This document shows positions 5,826 through 6,238 of a stretch of DNA of 6,238 bases, piece after piece. The stretch's first letter is position 1, and each line of letters opens with the position of its first letter. The notes below the pieces were generated by a model. The model had not been told where the DNA came from. It worked only from the letters and a program-made list of their open reading frames with translations, and searched no databases. Both the position numbers and the translations under genes were made by a program. The stretch is from a virus. Its lineage: Duplodnaviria; Heunggongvirae; Uroviricota; Caudoviricetes. Location: the IMG/VR virus record IMGVR_UViG_2537561935_000009; one strand, written 5' to 3'.

Positions 5826-6238
5826 ACTCTGGTTTTTGTGGCCATTCAGGATTTGCCGTATCCACACGGCTGACCAGAACACTGTAGCGTTCCCATGCTT
5901 CCAGTCGGCTGTGGTCCTCATCCGTTGCCATATTCAGCCTTACTGCACGCTCTAGTAGTTGAATGACTGATTCAGCATCAGCAAGAAGTCTGGCTTTCTG
6001 ATTTTCTACCTGCTGCTGTAATTCCTCTTCCGTATAAATACGTTTAATAACTGCGCCATCCTTAAACATCCAGTTACCAGAAATGTCGGCACGTCGGTTA
6101 GCAGTAATATCCGGCACTTCAACAACACTTAATCCATCCGGTCTGATAGCTGTTACATCCTTTTCCACATAGCGGATGATGTTATCTTTGTCATACGCTA
6201 ATTTTATCGTGTCATCCTGGAAGTTCTTTTGTTCCTCA
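5824..6238 (-). CDS. Second, divergent tail fibre assembly protein (Tfa-prime), convergent with tfa; N-terminus lies beyond the window end
   Basis: The minus-strand reading frame is open from the window edge (6238) to TAA at 5824..5826. Translating by hand upstream of the ORF-track GTG at 6166..6168 gives …[61 protein letters not shown]…, which aligns with residues ~39-100 of the + strand Tfa (…[61 protein letters not shown]…). The true start is therefore upstream of the window; the 114-aa ORF-track call is a truncation. Confidence 0.85.
   Translation of the reverse strand, partial: EEQKNFQDDTIKLAYDKDNIIRYVEKDVTAIRPDGLSVVEVPDITANRRADISGNWMFKDGAVIKRIYTEEELQQQVENQKARLLADAESVIQLLERAVRLNMATDEDHSRLEAWERYSVLVSRVDTANPEWPQKPE

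Noticed and set aside
5824-6168. tfa-prime as a truncated 114-aa pseudogene starting at GTG 6166..6168
   Set aside because: The reading frame stays open and Tfa-homologous upstream to the window edge (…[28 protein letters not shown]…), so the gene is full-length and simply cut by the window.
1-6238. CRISPR arrays, tRNA/rRNA genes, insertion sequences or integrase/att sites
   Set aside because: No spaced direct repeats, no cloverleaf-like or rRNA-like segments, and no transposase or integrase ORFs. The window is fully occupied by the tail gene operon.
1-6238. A second, inverted copy of the 26-bp crossover site within the window
   Set aside because: I scanned for the reverse complement (TTCCTGTAAACCGAGGTATTCGATAA) and close variants and found none. 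The partner site, if it exists, must lie downstream of 6238.

Overview
The window is a contiguous, same-strand tail/baseplate morphogenesis module of a P2-like (Peduovirus-type) myophage, most likely a prophage or tailocin-like remnant in an enterobacterial genome. Gene order matches P2 R-S-V-W-J-I-H-G: a C-terminal fragment of a gpR-like protein, a gpS-like virion morphogenesis protein, baseplate proteins V, W, J and I, tail fibre H, and a tail fibre assembly gene (tfa). A second tfa homologue lies convergent on the minus strand and runs off the window end. The genes are tightly packed, with overlapping stop/start codons. The most notable signal is a 26-bp imperfect dyad inside H (4289..4314) that resembles, from memory, the gix/hix/cix crossover sites of Gin/Hin/Cin/Pin serine invertases. 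It sits where composition drops from roughly 53-62% GC to 37-43% GC (hand counts on sampled 60-nt blocks). Together with the convergent tfa pair, this suggests the window holds the left half of an invertible, host-range-switching tail fibre segment of the Mu G-segment / P1 C-segment type; the right half and the invertase gene would lie beyond the 3' end. I see no evidence of a genuinely undescribed system; this is a known class of switch. No rRNA, tRNA, CRISPR or insertion sequence is apparent. All family assignments are from recalled sequence patterns and gene order, not from a search.
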